A DNA stretch of 64,000 bases from Octopus vulgaris (GCA_951406725.2 OX597815.1:7130001-7194000), one strand, 5' to 3'. Positions 11,574 to 23,206 are shown, counted from the stretch's first letter. The notes: generated by a model from the sequence alone, not told the origin. Numbers and translations are program-made.

Positions 11574-12960
11574 TTGCTTTTTACGTGCCACTGGCACAGG
11601 TGCCAGGGGAGGTTGGCAATGGCCACGATTGGTTGGTGCTTTTTACGTGCCACCAGCACGGAAGCCAGTCAAGGCGGTGCTGGCATCGGCCACGTATGGA
11701 TGGAGGTTTTTAGGTACCACCGGCACAGGCGCCAGGGTAGGCTGGCAATGGCTACAATCAGTTGGTGCTTTTTACGTGCCACCAGCACGGAAGCCAGTCA
11801 AGGCGGTGCTGGCATCGGCCACGTATGGATGGAGGTTTTTAGGTACCACCGGCACAGGCGCCAGGGTAGGCTGGCAATGGCTACAATCAGTTGGTGCTTT
11901 TACGTGCCACCAGCACGGAAGCCAGTCAAGGCGGTGCTGGCATCGGCCACGTATGGATGGAGGTTTTTAGGTACCACCGGCACAGGCGCCAGGGTAGGCT
12001 GGCAATGGCCACAATCGGTTGGTGCTTTTTATGTGCCACCAGCACGGAAGCCAGTCAAGGCGGTGCTGGCATCGGCCACGTATGGATGGAGGTTTTTAGG
12101 TACCACCGGCACAGGCGCCAGGGTAGGCTGGCAATGGCTACAATCAGTTGGTGCTTTTTACGTGCCACCAGCACGGAAGCCAGTCAAGGCGGTGCTGGCA
12201 TCGGCCACGTATGGATGGAGGTTTTTAGGTACCACCGGCACAGGCGCCAGGGTAGGCTGGCAATGGCCACAATCGGTTGGTGCTTTTTATGTGCCACCAG
12301 CACGGAAGCCAGTCAAGGCGGTGCTGGCATCGGCCACGTATGGATGGAGGTTTTTAGGTACCACCGGCACAGGCGCCAGGGTAGGCTGGCAATGGCTACA
12401 ATCAGTTGGTGCTTTTTACGTGCCACCGGCACGGAAGCCAGTCAAGGCGGTGCTGGCATCGGCCACGTATGGATGGAGGTTTTTAGGTACCACCGGCACA
12501 GGCGCCAGGGTAGGCTGGCAATGGCTACAATCAGTTGGTGCTTTTTCTGTGCCACCAGCACGGAAGCCAGTCAAGGCGGTGCTGGCATCGGCCACGTATG
12601 GATGGAGGTTTTTAGGTACCACCGGCACAGGCGCCAGGGTAGGCTGGCAATGGCTACAATCAGTTGGTGCTTTTTACGTGCCACCGGCACGGAAGCCAGT
12701 CAAGGCGGTGCTGGCATCGGCCACGTATGGATGGAGGTTTTTAGGTACCACCGGCACAGGCGCCAGGGTAGGCTGGCAATGGCTACAATCAGTTGGTGCT
12801 TTTTACGTGCCACCGGCACGGAAGCCAGTCAAGGCGGTGCTGGCATCGGCCACGTATGGATGGAGGTTTTTAGGTACCACCGGCACAGGCGCCAGGGTAG
12901 GCTGGCAATGGCTACAATCAGTTGGTGCTTTTTACGTGCCACCGGCACGGAAGCCAGTCA
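11574..12960. repeat. 129-bp tandem array (about 10.5 units) amplified from the interior of a family D retroposon
   Basis: ttggtgctttt recurs at about 11633, 11762, 11891, 12019, 12148, 12277, 12406, 12535, 12664, 12793 and 12922. One unit is 128 bp. Preceded by a family D end at about 11435-11573. Confidence 0.92.
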
Positions 12961-13154
12961 ACCTGTTGCTGAAATGTATGCTATCTTGTATTCTCCTAAT
13001 AGAATGCTGTCAGTTTATGTGTAGGCATAAAGCTAATGTTATGCCAGCCAGGAACACAGCTTCCATTGTCCATGTGCACATGCATTCCCACATATACACG
13101 CATGTGTGTCCCAGTATCAGTGTTTCTATTTTCTGTATGCATATGTGTGTGTGT

Positions 13155-13537
13155 GATCGTTACCAGCGTCGCCTTACTAGCACTTGTGCTCATCCAAGTA
13201 GGGTGCCAAGAGCACCATCCAAGCGTGATCGTTGCTAGAGGGCACCATTCGTGTGTGATCATTACCAACGTTGCCTTACTGGCACCTGTGCCAGTGGCAT
13301 GTGTAAAAAGATTTGAGCGAGGTCATTGTCAGTGCCGCCTGACTGGCCCCCGTGCCGGTGGCACGTAAAAAGCACCCTTTACACTCTCGGAGTGGTTGGC
13401 ATTAGGAAGGGCATCCAGCTGTAGAAACTCTGCCAGATCAAGATTGGAGCCTGGTGCAGCCATCTGGTTCGCATGTTCTGTCAAAATCGTCCAACCCATG
13501 CTAGCATGGAAAGCAGACGTTAAACAATGATGATGAT
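13155..13537 (+). mobile_element. Retroposon family D
   Basis: Ends ...ggaaagcagacgttaaacaatgatgatgatg. Confidence 0.75.
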
Positions 13538-13813
13538 GTGGTTGTGTGAGAGAGAATTGTGTGTGTGTCTGCAGTTTATTCAGAAACCATAGAGCAAATG
13601 CCTACAAATATATATTTTTATTCACTGTTTCACTGAAGGTTTGAATAACATTTAATTTATTATATGCAGCAGCAGCAGCAGTGGTGATGTGTTTGAATCT
13701 TTTTTTGTTGATGTTCCTAATAGCATTGAAAAACGTTAAACCGCCTCCCAGTTATCTCCCTTCCTGTCTGTTCTACTCCTGGAATCAATCCAAAGTATAC
13801 AGCTTCATATTTT

Positions 13814-14005
13814 TGTCTGGGGAAAGTCATTTTCTTTTTATGCCTTATAATGTAACACACTCACCGGTAAAATAGTCAAGACTATTGAAAAGGTTGCAAG
13901 ACGCTACGAAAAATTTAGGAAGATAAAAATAAGAAATAAGTGGAAATTTTACCGGTGAGTGTGTTAAATTATAAGACACAAAAAGAAAATGACTCTCCCC
14001 AGACA
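13814..14005. repeat. Small fold-back (about 60-bp arms) with a degenerate hammerhead-like spacer
   Basis: tgtctggggaaagtcattttc...caccggtaaaat is inverted at 13946-14005. The spacer contains cta-TTGAAAA...GAAA-aatt-tag. Confidence 0.6.
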
Positions 14006-14831
14006 CAACAGAACATGCTTCAACACACGGACTCATATAAAGAATCTTGCAAGCCAAATCTAAAAACCAAATATACATCTTCATGTTTTTGTTTAAGCCA
14101 GTGAGTGCGTTCTTCTACATGGTATCTTGATCTGCTAGAAATAACAGCCTAATCTTTTTCAGACTATCAAATCATTTCCTACTGTCTCGTGTATGTATAT
14201 ATATATATATATATGAATGTATGAGCCATCAAAGTAGACATCTATGGGTAGTTTGACCTGCTATAAAAGCAACCAAATTCCCTTTTTATCATGCTTTATT
14301 TCATGCATTAGTTAACAAGGGCAGCCTGTGTAGGGTAGGATAAACCTGTTAAAAATAGTAACCAAAGTGCTATAAAACCACACTCTTTCATCTTATGTCT
14401 ATAAGCATGCATGAGTCAACGTGGGAGCCTGTACATGGTTGCTTGAACCTAATGAAAATAGCTGTCAAATTTCCCTCAAACCCCACCTGACTGTCTAACG
14501 TCTGTATATTTGAACGAAATCTTTATGTATATATATGTTATAAATCTTAAATTTCGATCATACCCATTCGTTCATCTTAATCTTTGCAGTGATTTAAAAC
14601 TCACTACCAAAAATATGTTTCTTGATCTGGAAGTTATGGCCATGCTAGAAACTTGACTGAAGACAATTGCCATTCTTAGAGTACTTTTGAAATTGACTGT
14701 TTTGCCATTTAAATTCAAAACTTCAGTTTCTTGTTGGGTTCAGCTTTGTCGTTATCATCATCATTTAATGTTTATTTTCCATGCTTTGGATTTATATTGG
14801 ACAGTTTTCCAACTTTGGATATATATATATT

Positions 14832-15183
14832 GCCAGAGCGGCTATCTGGCCTCCGTGCCAGTGGCACCTAAAAGGGCACCATTCGAGCGTGATCGTTACC
14901 AGCATCGCCTTACTGGCACCTGTGCCGGTGGCATGTGTAAAGAGATTCGAGCGAGGTCATTGCCAGTACCGCCTGACTGGCCCCGTGCTGGTGGCATGTA
15001 AAAAGCACCCACTACACTCTTGGAGTGGTTGGCGTTAGGAAGGGCATCCAGCTGTAGAAACTCTGCCAGATCAAGATTGGAGCCTGGTGCAGCCATCTGG
15101 TTCGCCAGCCCTCAGTCAAATCGTCCAACCCATGCTAGCATAGAAAGCGGACGTTAAACGATGATGATGATGATGATAATGAT
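14832..15183 (+). mobile_element. Retroposon family D, ending about 90 nt upstream of the last INTS5 acceptor
   Basis: Ends ...aagcggacgttaaacgatgatgatgatgatgat. Confidence 0.75.
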
Positions 15184-15274
15184 CCCTTCTTTCACTCACC
15201 CTGTCCTTTATCTACCATCACCACCACCACCCTCCACTTGTTTCTATTCACATCTCTCTTTCTATCTGTTTCAG

Positions 15275-15432
15275 TATGTGATGCCAAGTTCTCCACGGTG
15301 ATCAGGTCTGTCTTACACGCCAATATAGCCCAAACAGGTTCCATGTATAAACGGTTCTTCAGTGATAGCAGTGACACCACAGATTCTTCACCAAATGCAA
15401 CAACACCAGAGAATATGGTTGTGGACAAGTAA
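15275..15432 (+). CDS. INTS5: INTS5 terminal coding exon
   Basis: ctgtttcag|TA TGT...TAA. Encodes VCDAKFSTVIRSVLHANIAQTGSMYKRFF...VVDK* (cf. human [20 protein letters not shown]). The six exons total 768 nt = 256 codons with no internal stop. Confidence 0.9.
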
Positions 15433-15642
15433 AGCACGACACATGGCCGTGTTGGTCGTCTTCTTCATTCTAGCTTCTTTTGCTGGAGCTTCTGTCAGGG
15501 ATTACCGATTGTTAATGAGAGTACCAGTCCTCTCTGTCTCTCTGAGTCTGTGTGTGGATGAGTGTGTTTTTATCCATGTGGGTGGATGAGCATGTGTGTC
15601 AGTGTGTGATTGTATATATTTGTGTCTGTATCTGAGAATGTT

Positions 15643-15652
15643 ATTAAATAAA
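15643..15652 (+). promoter_or_regulatory. Putative INTS5 polyadenylation signal
   Basis: Overlapping ATTAAA (15643) and AATAAA (15647) about 210 nt after the stop, followed by GT/T-rich sequence. Confidence 0.6.
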
Positions 15653-15694
15653 CTTTGTGTATCTATGTATTTTTTTAATTCTCTTTATTATGCA

Positions 15695-15989
15695 CTAGCA
15701 GTATCGCCCGGCGTTGCTCGGGTTTGTAAGGGAAATAATTATATAAGCATTTTTAGAGATGTAAAGTATAATAGCCATCTCAATATGGCTAACCACAAAG
15801 GGGGAGGGGTGTTACTGTAGCTTTAAATCGTAGACTCATCGTAGACGCGCGCTAATACCCAGACGGTCTCGATATGAATCACGACTATAAGATAGCCGGT
15901 TTTGGTTAAACTGCACCGCAAAATGTGGGAGTAGTTAGGAATCTAAATCGTAGGAGACAGACACACAACCTCACTTTTATATATAAAGA
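15695..15989 (-). mobile_element. Non-autonomous Helitron (internally deleted)
   Basis: On the - strand it starts TC(tttatatataaaag) and ends with hairpin cccgagcaacgccggg + CTAG. Same family as 55662-56062. Confidence 0.8.
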
Positions 15990-16054
15990 TTTCCTCTATT
16001 TACATAATATTGAGGTCTCTTTCTTTCTTTTGTTATCTTACTGTTTTTACCAAT

Positions 16055-16093
<39 letters not shown>

Positions 16094-17560
16094 CAGAGAT
16101 GTACTTGCATAGCAAGTGACTTGATCTGAGATCGTGTGCTGGAACGAAAACAGTTGCAGCGTTGAAGGTGTTTATAAGCCATTTAAGAAACACACAAAAA
16201 CCGTTAGATTCACTTCAACATTTAAATTTAATTTGTCAAAATATTTTCGTCGCTTTGAGACCGCGACCTGTTAGCACAATATTTTTGTCAGTGAACAGGT
16301 CGCGGTCTGAAAGCGACGAAAATATTTTGGCAAATTAAATTTAAATGTTGAAGTGAATGTAACGGTTTTTGTGTGTTTCTTAAATGGCTTACAAACACCT
16401 TCCACACTGCAATATATATATACACACATATATATATATGTATGTATGTATGTGTATATGTGTATGCATGTATGTGTGTGTGTGTGCGTGTCTGTGCTTG
16501 TGATTGTCCTCCACCACTGCTTGACAACGAATGTTGGTTTGTTTACATCCCTGTCACCTAGTGGTTTGACAAAGGAAACAGATAGAATAAGTACAATGCT
16601 TACAAAAATAAAACTGGAGTTGATTCATTAAAGTACAATTCTTCAAGGCATTGCCCCAGCATGGCCACAGACCAATGGCTGGAAAAAGCAGAAGAATAAA
16701 AGAATACATTCTCTGCTTTGGTCTTATGTTCAAGGCATGAGAAAGCTTGAGTTTACATGAGAAGGCCTAACAGACCTGGTAGAAACAGCAGCCAAATCTC
16801 CCTCAAATCACACCTTACTGTCTTATGTATGTATATATATATGAGCCAATGAGGGGGACCTCTACATGGTAGCTAGACCTGGTAACATGGTAGAAATAGC
16901 AGCCAAATTTCCCCCAAATCACACCTTACTGTCTTATCTATGTATATATGTATGTATGAGCCTATGAGGGAGACCCCTACATGGCAGCTAGACATGGTAG
17001 AAATAGCAGCCAAATCTCCCTCAAATCACACCTTACTGTCTTATCTTTCTGCTACTTGGATATAGGTGTTATATTCGTCGTAAAAAACTTTCCTGTCACA
17101 CACTCACGCACACACACACACACACGCACCCTCACACACACACACACACGCGCACACACACACACACACTCACACACACGCACGTTAGCTTACAATTTTA
17201 TTTATATATTTGCGTGTCTATGTGTGGAAAGAGGAAGTGGGAGGCAGAGTGAAAGAATCACTCACTACAGTAAGTAAATTACTTTCATTTTATTCGTTGC
17301 CCACTGTGTGTGTGCGTTTGCGTGTGGTGTAAACCAGACTAAGAAAAGCATTTGACACACACACCAGAATGTGAGTTTTCTGTAAATTTTGCTTAATTGG
17401 AGTTTAAATTTTAAAACTGGACCTGGCATGACGCGATGCATTGTACTCTTAAAAATGCTAGGTAAATTGTAATTGAAGAAATCCTATATTGGAGATTTGT
17501 ATAACTCCCAAAGGGAGGCAGATAAAATCTGCCTTTTATAATAAGAGATTTATATACGTA

Positions 17561-17952
17561 CTAGCAGTATCGCCCGGTGTTGCTCGGGTTTGTAAGGGAA
17601 ATAATTATATAAGCATTTTTAGAGATGTAAAGTATAATAGCCATCTCAATATGGCTAACCACAAAGGGGAGGGGTGTTACTGTAGCTTTTTACGTTCTGA
17701 GATTTAATAATAAATTTTAGAGAGTTACTTCCCTTATATATGTCAAAAATGGATTAAAAATGGGAAAAATTGATGGTAAATTTTTTTAAATCGTAGACTC
17801 ATCGTAGACGCGCGCTAATACCCAGACGGTCTCGATATGAATCACGACTATAAGATAGCCGGTTTTGGTTAAACTGCACCGCAAAATGTGGGAGTAGTTA
17901 GGAATGTAAATCGTAGGAGACAGACACACAACCTCACTTTTATATATAAAGA
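17561..17952 (-). mobile_element. Non-autonomous Helitron
   Basis: TC ... hairpin + CTAG termini on the - strand. Confidence 0.8.
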
Positions 17953-19412
17953 TTTCCTCTATTTACATAATATTGAGGTCTCTTTCTTTCTTTTGTTATC
18001 TTACTGTTTTTACCAATATACATATATATATATATATATAAATATATATATAGTTACAGAGATGTACTTGCATAGCAAGTGACTTGATCTGAGATCGTGT
18101 GCTGGAACGAAAACAGTTGCAGCGTTGAAGGTGTTTATAAGCCATTTAAGAAACACACAAAAACCGTTAGATTCACTTCAACATTTAAATTTAATTTGTC
18201 AAAATATTTTCGTCGCTTTGAGACCGCGACCTGTTAGCACGATATTTTTGTCAGTGAACAGGTCGCGGTCTGAAAGCGACGAAAATATTTTGGCAAATTA
18301 AATTTAAATGTTGAAGTGAATGTAACGGTTTTTGTGTGTTTCTTAAATGGCTTACAAACACCTTCCACGCTGCAATATATATATACACACACATATATAT
18401 ATGTGTGTATATATGTGTATGCATGTATGTGTGTGTGTGTGCGTGTCTGTGCTTGTGATTGTCCTCCACCACTGCTTGACAACGAATGTTGGTTTGTTTA
18501 CATCCCTGTCACCTAGTGGTTTGACAAAGGAAACAGATAGAATAAGTACAATGCTTACAAAAATAAAACTGGAGTTGATTCATTAAAGTACAATTCTTCA
18601 AGGCATTGCCCCAGCATGGCCACAGACCAATGGCTGGAAAAAGCAGAAGAATAAAAGAATACATTCTCTGCTTTGGTCTTATGTTCAAGGCATGAGAAAG
18701 CTTGAGTTTACATGAGAAGGCCTAACAGACCTGGTAGAAACAGCAGCCAAATCTCCCTCAAATCACACCTTACTGTCTTATGTATGTATATATATATGAG
18801 CCAATGAGGGGGACCTCTACATGGTAGCTAGACCTGGTAACATGGTAGAAATAGCAGCCAAATCTCCCTCAAATCACACCTTACTGTCTTATCTTTCTGC
18901 TACTTGGATATAGGTGTTATATTCGTCGTAAAAAACTTTCCTGTCACACACTCACGCACACGCACACACACACACACACACGCACCCTCACACACACACA
19001 CGCGCACACCCACACACACACACACTCACACACACGCACGTTAGCTTACAATTTTATTTATATATTTGCGTGTCTATGTGTGGAAAGAGGAAGTGGGAGG
19101 CAGAGTGAAAGAATCACTCACTACAGTAAGTGAATTACTTTCATTTTATTCGTTGCCCACTGTGTGTGTGCGTTTGCGTGTGGTGTAAACCAGACTAAGA
19201 AAAGCATTTGACACACACACCAGAATGTGAGTTTTCTGTAAATTTTGCTTAATTGGAGTTTAAATTTTAAAAACTGGACCTGGCATGACGCGATGCATTG
19301 TACTCTTAAAAATGCTAGGTAAATTGTAATTGAAGAAATCCTATATTGTAGATTTCTATAACTCCCAAAGGGAGGCAGATAAAATCTGCCTTTTATAATA
19401 AGAGATAACTGT

Positions 19413-19710
19413 GGAGGCGCAATGGCCTAGTGGTTAGGGCAGCGGACTCGCGTTCATAGGATCGCGGTTTCGATTGCCAGACCGGGCGTTATGAGTGTTT
19501 ATTGAGCGAAAACACCTAAAAGCTCCACGAAGCTCCGGCAGGGGGTGGCGATCCCTGCTGTACTCTTTCACCACTCTTTCTCTCACTCTTCTGTTGGCCT
19601 GCTCGTTTAGCCAGCGGGGTGGCGTCATTCGAAGGCAAAAACAATGCGAACGTATTGTGACCAGCAATGTGTAAAACATCTGATGGTCTGGTCGGTCACG
19701 TGATCACATG
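19413..19710 (+). mobile_element. SINE family A head with tail type 2
   Basis: ggaggcgcaatggcctagtggttagggcagcggactcgc... head; tail ends ggtcacgtgatcacatgata. Confidence 0.8.
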
Positions 19711-19725
19711 ATAAGTATAACTATA

Positions 19726-19867
19726 TATGAGTGGGGGTGCTGGAAAGTTCCTGGCTTTGGGGAAAAAGAAAATACAAGAGGATCAGTTAATCATGATTTT
19801 ATTGAACATAATCCCTTCTCAGATTCACACACTTATTGCAGGGGTCCTTCAGTTTTTCTATGCCCTG
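19726..19867 (-). mobile_element. Mariner 3'-end relic
   Basis: TA-tgagtggggtgctggaaagttcc TIR-like end. The - strand resembles a decayed mariner C-terminus (GIEKL..R..KCV...GDYVE type). Confidence 0.55.
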
Positions 19868-20001
19868 TATTTGCCCTCATCTTGTTTGTTGTTAACACAA
19901 CGTTTCGGCTGATATACCCTCCAGCCTTCATCAGGTGTGTTGGGGAAATTTCAAACCTGGGTTCTCATTCCTAAGGTATTTTTCAATGTTGTTGATGCTG
20001 T

Positions 20002-20033
<32 letters not shown>

Positions 20034-20330
20034 TTGTTGTTCATGTCACTGCCTGGAATTGAACTTGGAATCTTGGGGTTAGAAGCCTGCACATTAACCA
20101 CTATGCCATATGCCCACGGGCAGATGGTGTAGTGGTTAAGAGCATGGCCTACTAACCCCAAGATTCCAAGTTCAATTCCAGGCAGTGACATGAATAATAA
20201 TAATAATAACATCGAAATATACCTCAGGAATGAGAACCCAGGTTCGAAATTTCCTCAAGACACCTGATGAACGCTGGAGGGTATATCAGCCGAAATGTTG
20301 TGTTAACAACAAACAAGATGAGGACAAATA
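19868..20330. mobile_element. Head-to-head fold-back of a tRNA-headed, hammerhead-tailed element
   Basis: 19868-20115 is the reverse complement of 20118-20330. Each arm has A-box, B-box, trinucleotide tract, and CTGATGA...GAAA. Confidence 0.8.
19895..19938 (-). ncRNA. Minimal type I hammerhead ribozyme motif
   Basis: ACAC-CUGAUGA-A-GGCUG(gagggUaUaU)CAGCC-GAAA-CGUU/GUGU. Palindromic AACGUU in place of stem III, as in PLE minimal hammerheads. Confidence 0.7.
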
Positions 20331-20850
20331 TCCGTCAAATGTAAATGATGGAAATTAAGGAGGTCATTGTTGGATACTCTGGCTGAGAAATCTTGTGGAT
20401 ATCCAGAATGTGTGACAGATTGATGTAGACATGAATAACAAGAATCAGAATTAAAATCCAATATTAAAGAAAGTGAGTATTGACATGATGAGAGTCAAGT
20501 GGACTGAGCCAATGTTGGTGATGATGCTGGAAGCATATACACACATATACACATAAGTCTACAATCAGCGGTCATTTAGGGGTCACTGAAAATAGTAGTT
20601 GTTGCATCCATGAAATAAAACCAGTTAAACCGACAACAACCATGAGGATTGGTGATGATGATAATGTTGGCCTCCTGGGGTGGACTGAGTCGTTGGTCAC
20701 TCAGGCACTGCCTGAGGGCCCGGAGCTCTGAGGTGCCCGCTCTCCACATGTTAACTCTACTAAAACACACATTGAAAGGGGCCTGGTAAACAGTTAAGCC
20801 TGAGGGCCCTGAATACTCTCAGTCTGCTCCTGATGGCAGTGACAGTGGAG

Positions 20851-21149
20851 CCTTTTCCTTCTGAAGCCATGCCTGGCTCATAAGGGCCGGTTTCCCGGTT
20901 TCCTTGGCATATAGGTTCCCCACCTGGACAGGACGCCGGTCCGTCGCAGGTGAGCTGCAAGATGCAGGAGGAAAGAGTGAGAGAAAGTTGTGGCGAAAGA
21001 GTCAGCAGAAGTTCGCCATTACCTTCTGCCGGAGCCGCGTGGAGTTTAGGTGTTTCGCTCATAAACACACACATCGCCTAGTCTGAGATTAGAACCCGCA
21101 ATCCCTCGACCGCGAGTCCGCTGCTCTAACCACTAGGCCATGTGCCTCC
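20851..21149 (-). mobile_element. SINE family A-like head with tail type 3 (V-domain-like)
   Basis: Head ggaggcacatggcctagtggttagagcagcggactcgcgg. Tail contains cctgcgacggaccggcgtcctgtccagg. Confidence 0.7.
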
Positions 21150-21535
21150 ACATCAGGGCCAAGAAGAAATAACAATATTGGTGGAGTTGCAGAGGGAGAA
21201 GTAGTCATAATGGTAGTAATGGTTGTTATTTAGTCCCAGATCAGTCTTGAATTAGTAGACCTGTGGTCAAAAGTGTTCCGTCTGCGACCCTTTCATGCTT
21301 TTTTTTGTCCGGTATATATAGTGCATATAGGACTACATTATTGGATGTTTCCATTCTGAAGACACTTGGCTATAATTTGAGGAAGATTTAACTGCTGTTT
21401 CTAGCACATCAAATGACAACATTAACTCAGGTGGATATCGTAAAGCATGGGTCTGTTCCTACAGCGAGCAGACAGTTTCACCTCTATGAAAGACAAGTAC
21501 TCTGTGTTCCCTTAGCAATGAGAGGGACATGGTAG

Positions 21536-21566
<31 letters not shown>

Positions 21567-21778
21567 GTTTAACATCTGTTTTCCATGCTGGCATGGGTTG
21601 GACGGTTTGACTGGGGACTGGCGAACCAGATGGCTGCACCAGGCTCCAGTCTGATCTGACAAGGTTTCTATAGCTGGGTCCCCTTCCTAACGCCAACCAC
21701 TCTGAGAGTGTAGTGGGTGCTTTTTATGTACCACCAGCACAGGAGCCAGTCAGACAGCGCTGGCATTGGCCATGTTTG
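21536..21778 (-). mobile_element. Retroposon family D
   Basis: (cat)n cgtttaacatctgttttccatgctggcatggg... Confidence 0.7.
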
Positions 21779-22177
21779 GTAGCATGATATTAAATAGAAT
21801 AAAAATTAATAGTTTCTAAAATTAATCTAAGTTGCAGAAATGTCTGAAATTTAATATTTTATTTAGAAGAATTGATAATTTGTTTCAGATGTGAAAAGAG
21901 GTTTTCAGTAGATAACCACCATATTCATTCTATCTCAGTACACCGACTCTTTATTCTCTCAGTCCACCAAACACCAACACACTATATTCTGGTACATCAT
22001 CACATGCTGGTTTACTTCAATACATCAGGCCTTAGTACACGCTGCATATCCCACCCCGGTACCATGCAACTTACTACAGACTGACAGATAAAAATTAATA
22101 AATAGATGGAGAGAGAGAGAGAGAGAGTGAGAGAGAAACTAGAAATGGAAAGATATGAGTTTAGTGATTGACAGATA

Positions 22178-22594
22178 TATTTCTTTATTGCCCACAAGGG
22201 GTTAAACATAGAGGGGACAAACAAGGACAGACAAAGGGATTAAGTCGTTTACATTAGCCCCAGTGCGTAACTGGTACTTTATTTATCGACCCCGAAAGGA
22301 TGAAAGGCAAAGTCGACCTCGGCGGAATTTGAACTCACAACGTAACGACAAACGAAATACGTATTTCTTTACTACCCACAAGGGGCTAAACATAGAGGGG
22401 ACAAACAAGGACAGACAAACGGATTAAGTCGTTTACATTAACCCCAGTGCGTAACTGGTACTTAATTTATCGACCCCGAAAGGATGAAAGGCAAAGTAGA
22501 CCTTGGCGGAATTTGAACTCAGAACGTAACGACAGACGAAATACGGCTACGCATTTCGCCCGGCGTGCTAACGTCTCTGCCAGCTCGCCGCCTT
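22178..22594 (-). mobile_element. SINE family C dimer with about 19-bp TSD
   Basis: Flanked on both sides by tagtgattgacagatatat. Confidence 0.85.
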
Positions 22595-22849
22595 AGTGAT
22601 TGACAGATATATATATTACTACACATGCATGTGTGTGTGTGTGCGTACATACACACACACAGTTTATGGAATTAAACAGAAGCTCGACAAAAGACCAAAC
22701 GGAAAATTATTCTATCGGTCTTTCTTGTCGAACCACTAAGTGACGGGGGACGTAAACACACACAAGACGTGGACGTGCTCATTCCTCGTTAGTTATCATC
22801 CAAAAGAATCATTACAATTTCACATATATTTGTGTTTATATGTGTGTAT

Positions 22850-22958
22850 ACGCACATACATACACACGCACATGCATACATACATACATACACACACATA
22901 CATACATACACGCATACATACGCACATACATACATACGCACATACATACGCACATACA

Positions 22959-22992
<34 letters not shown>

Positions 22993-23172
22993 CATACATA
23001 CATACATACATATACATACATACATACATACATACATACATACATACATACATACACATACATACATACATACATATATACATACATACATACATACATA
23101 TATACATACATACATACATACATACATATACATACATACATACATACATACATACATACATACATACATACA

Positions 23173-23206
<34 letters not shown>

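Larger units (their letters stand above)
15695..19405. repeat. Tandem duplication of an about 1.85-kb unit (15695-17548 and 17561-19405)
   Basis: Colinear, near-identical copies differing by a deletion of about 100 bp in the copy 1 Helitron and an extra subrepeat of about 120 bp in copy 1. Confidence 0.9.

Noticed and set aside
11574-12960. CRISPR-like regular array
   Set aside because: Units are contiguous near-identical repeats with no unique spacers, in a eukaryotic context with no cas genes.
11574-13238. 554-aa and 377-aa repetitive ORFs
   Set aside because: By-product of a 129-bp (3n) intronic array derived from a retroposon. It contains a frameshifted unit and resembles no protein I recognise.
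13575-13638. Possible alternative INTS5 exon (ctgcag...AAG|gtttga)
   Set aside because: Weak splice signals, an in-frame stop, and no similarity to INTS5.
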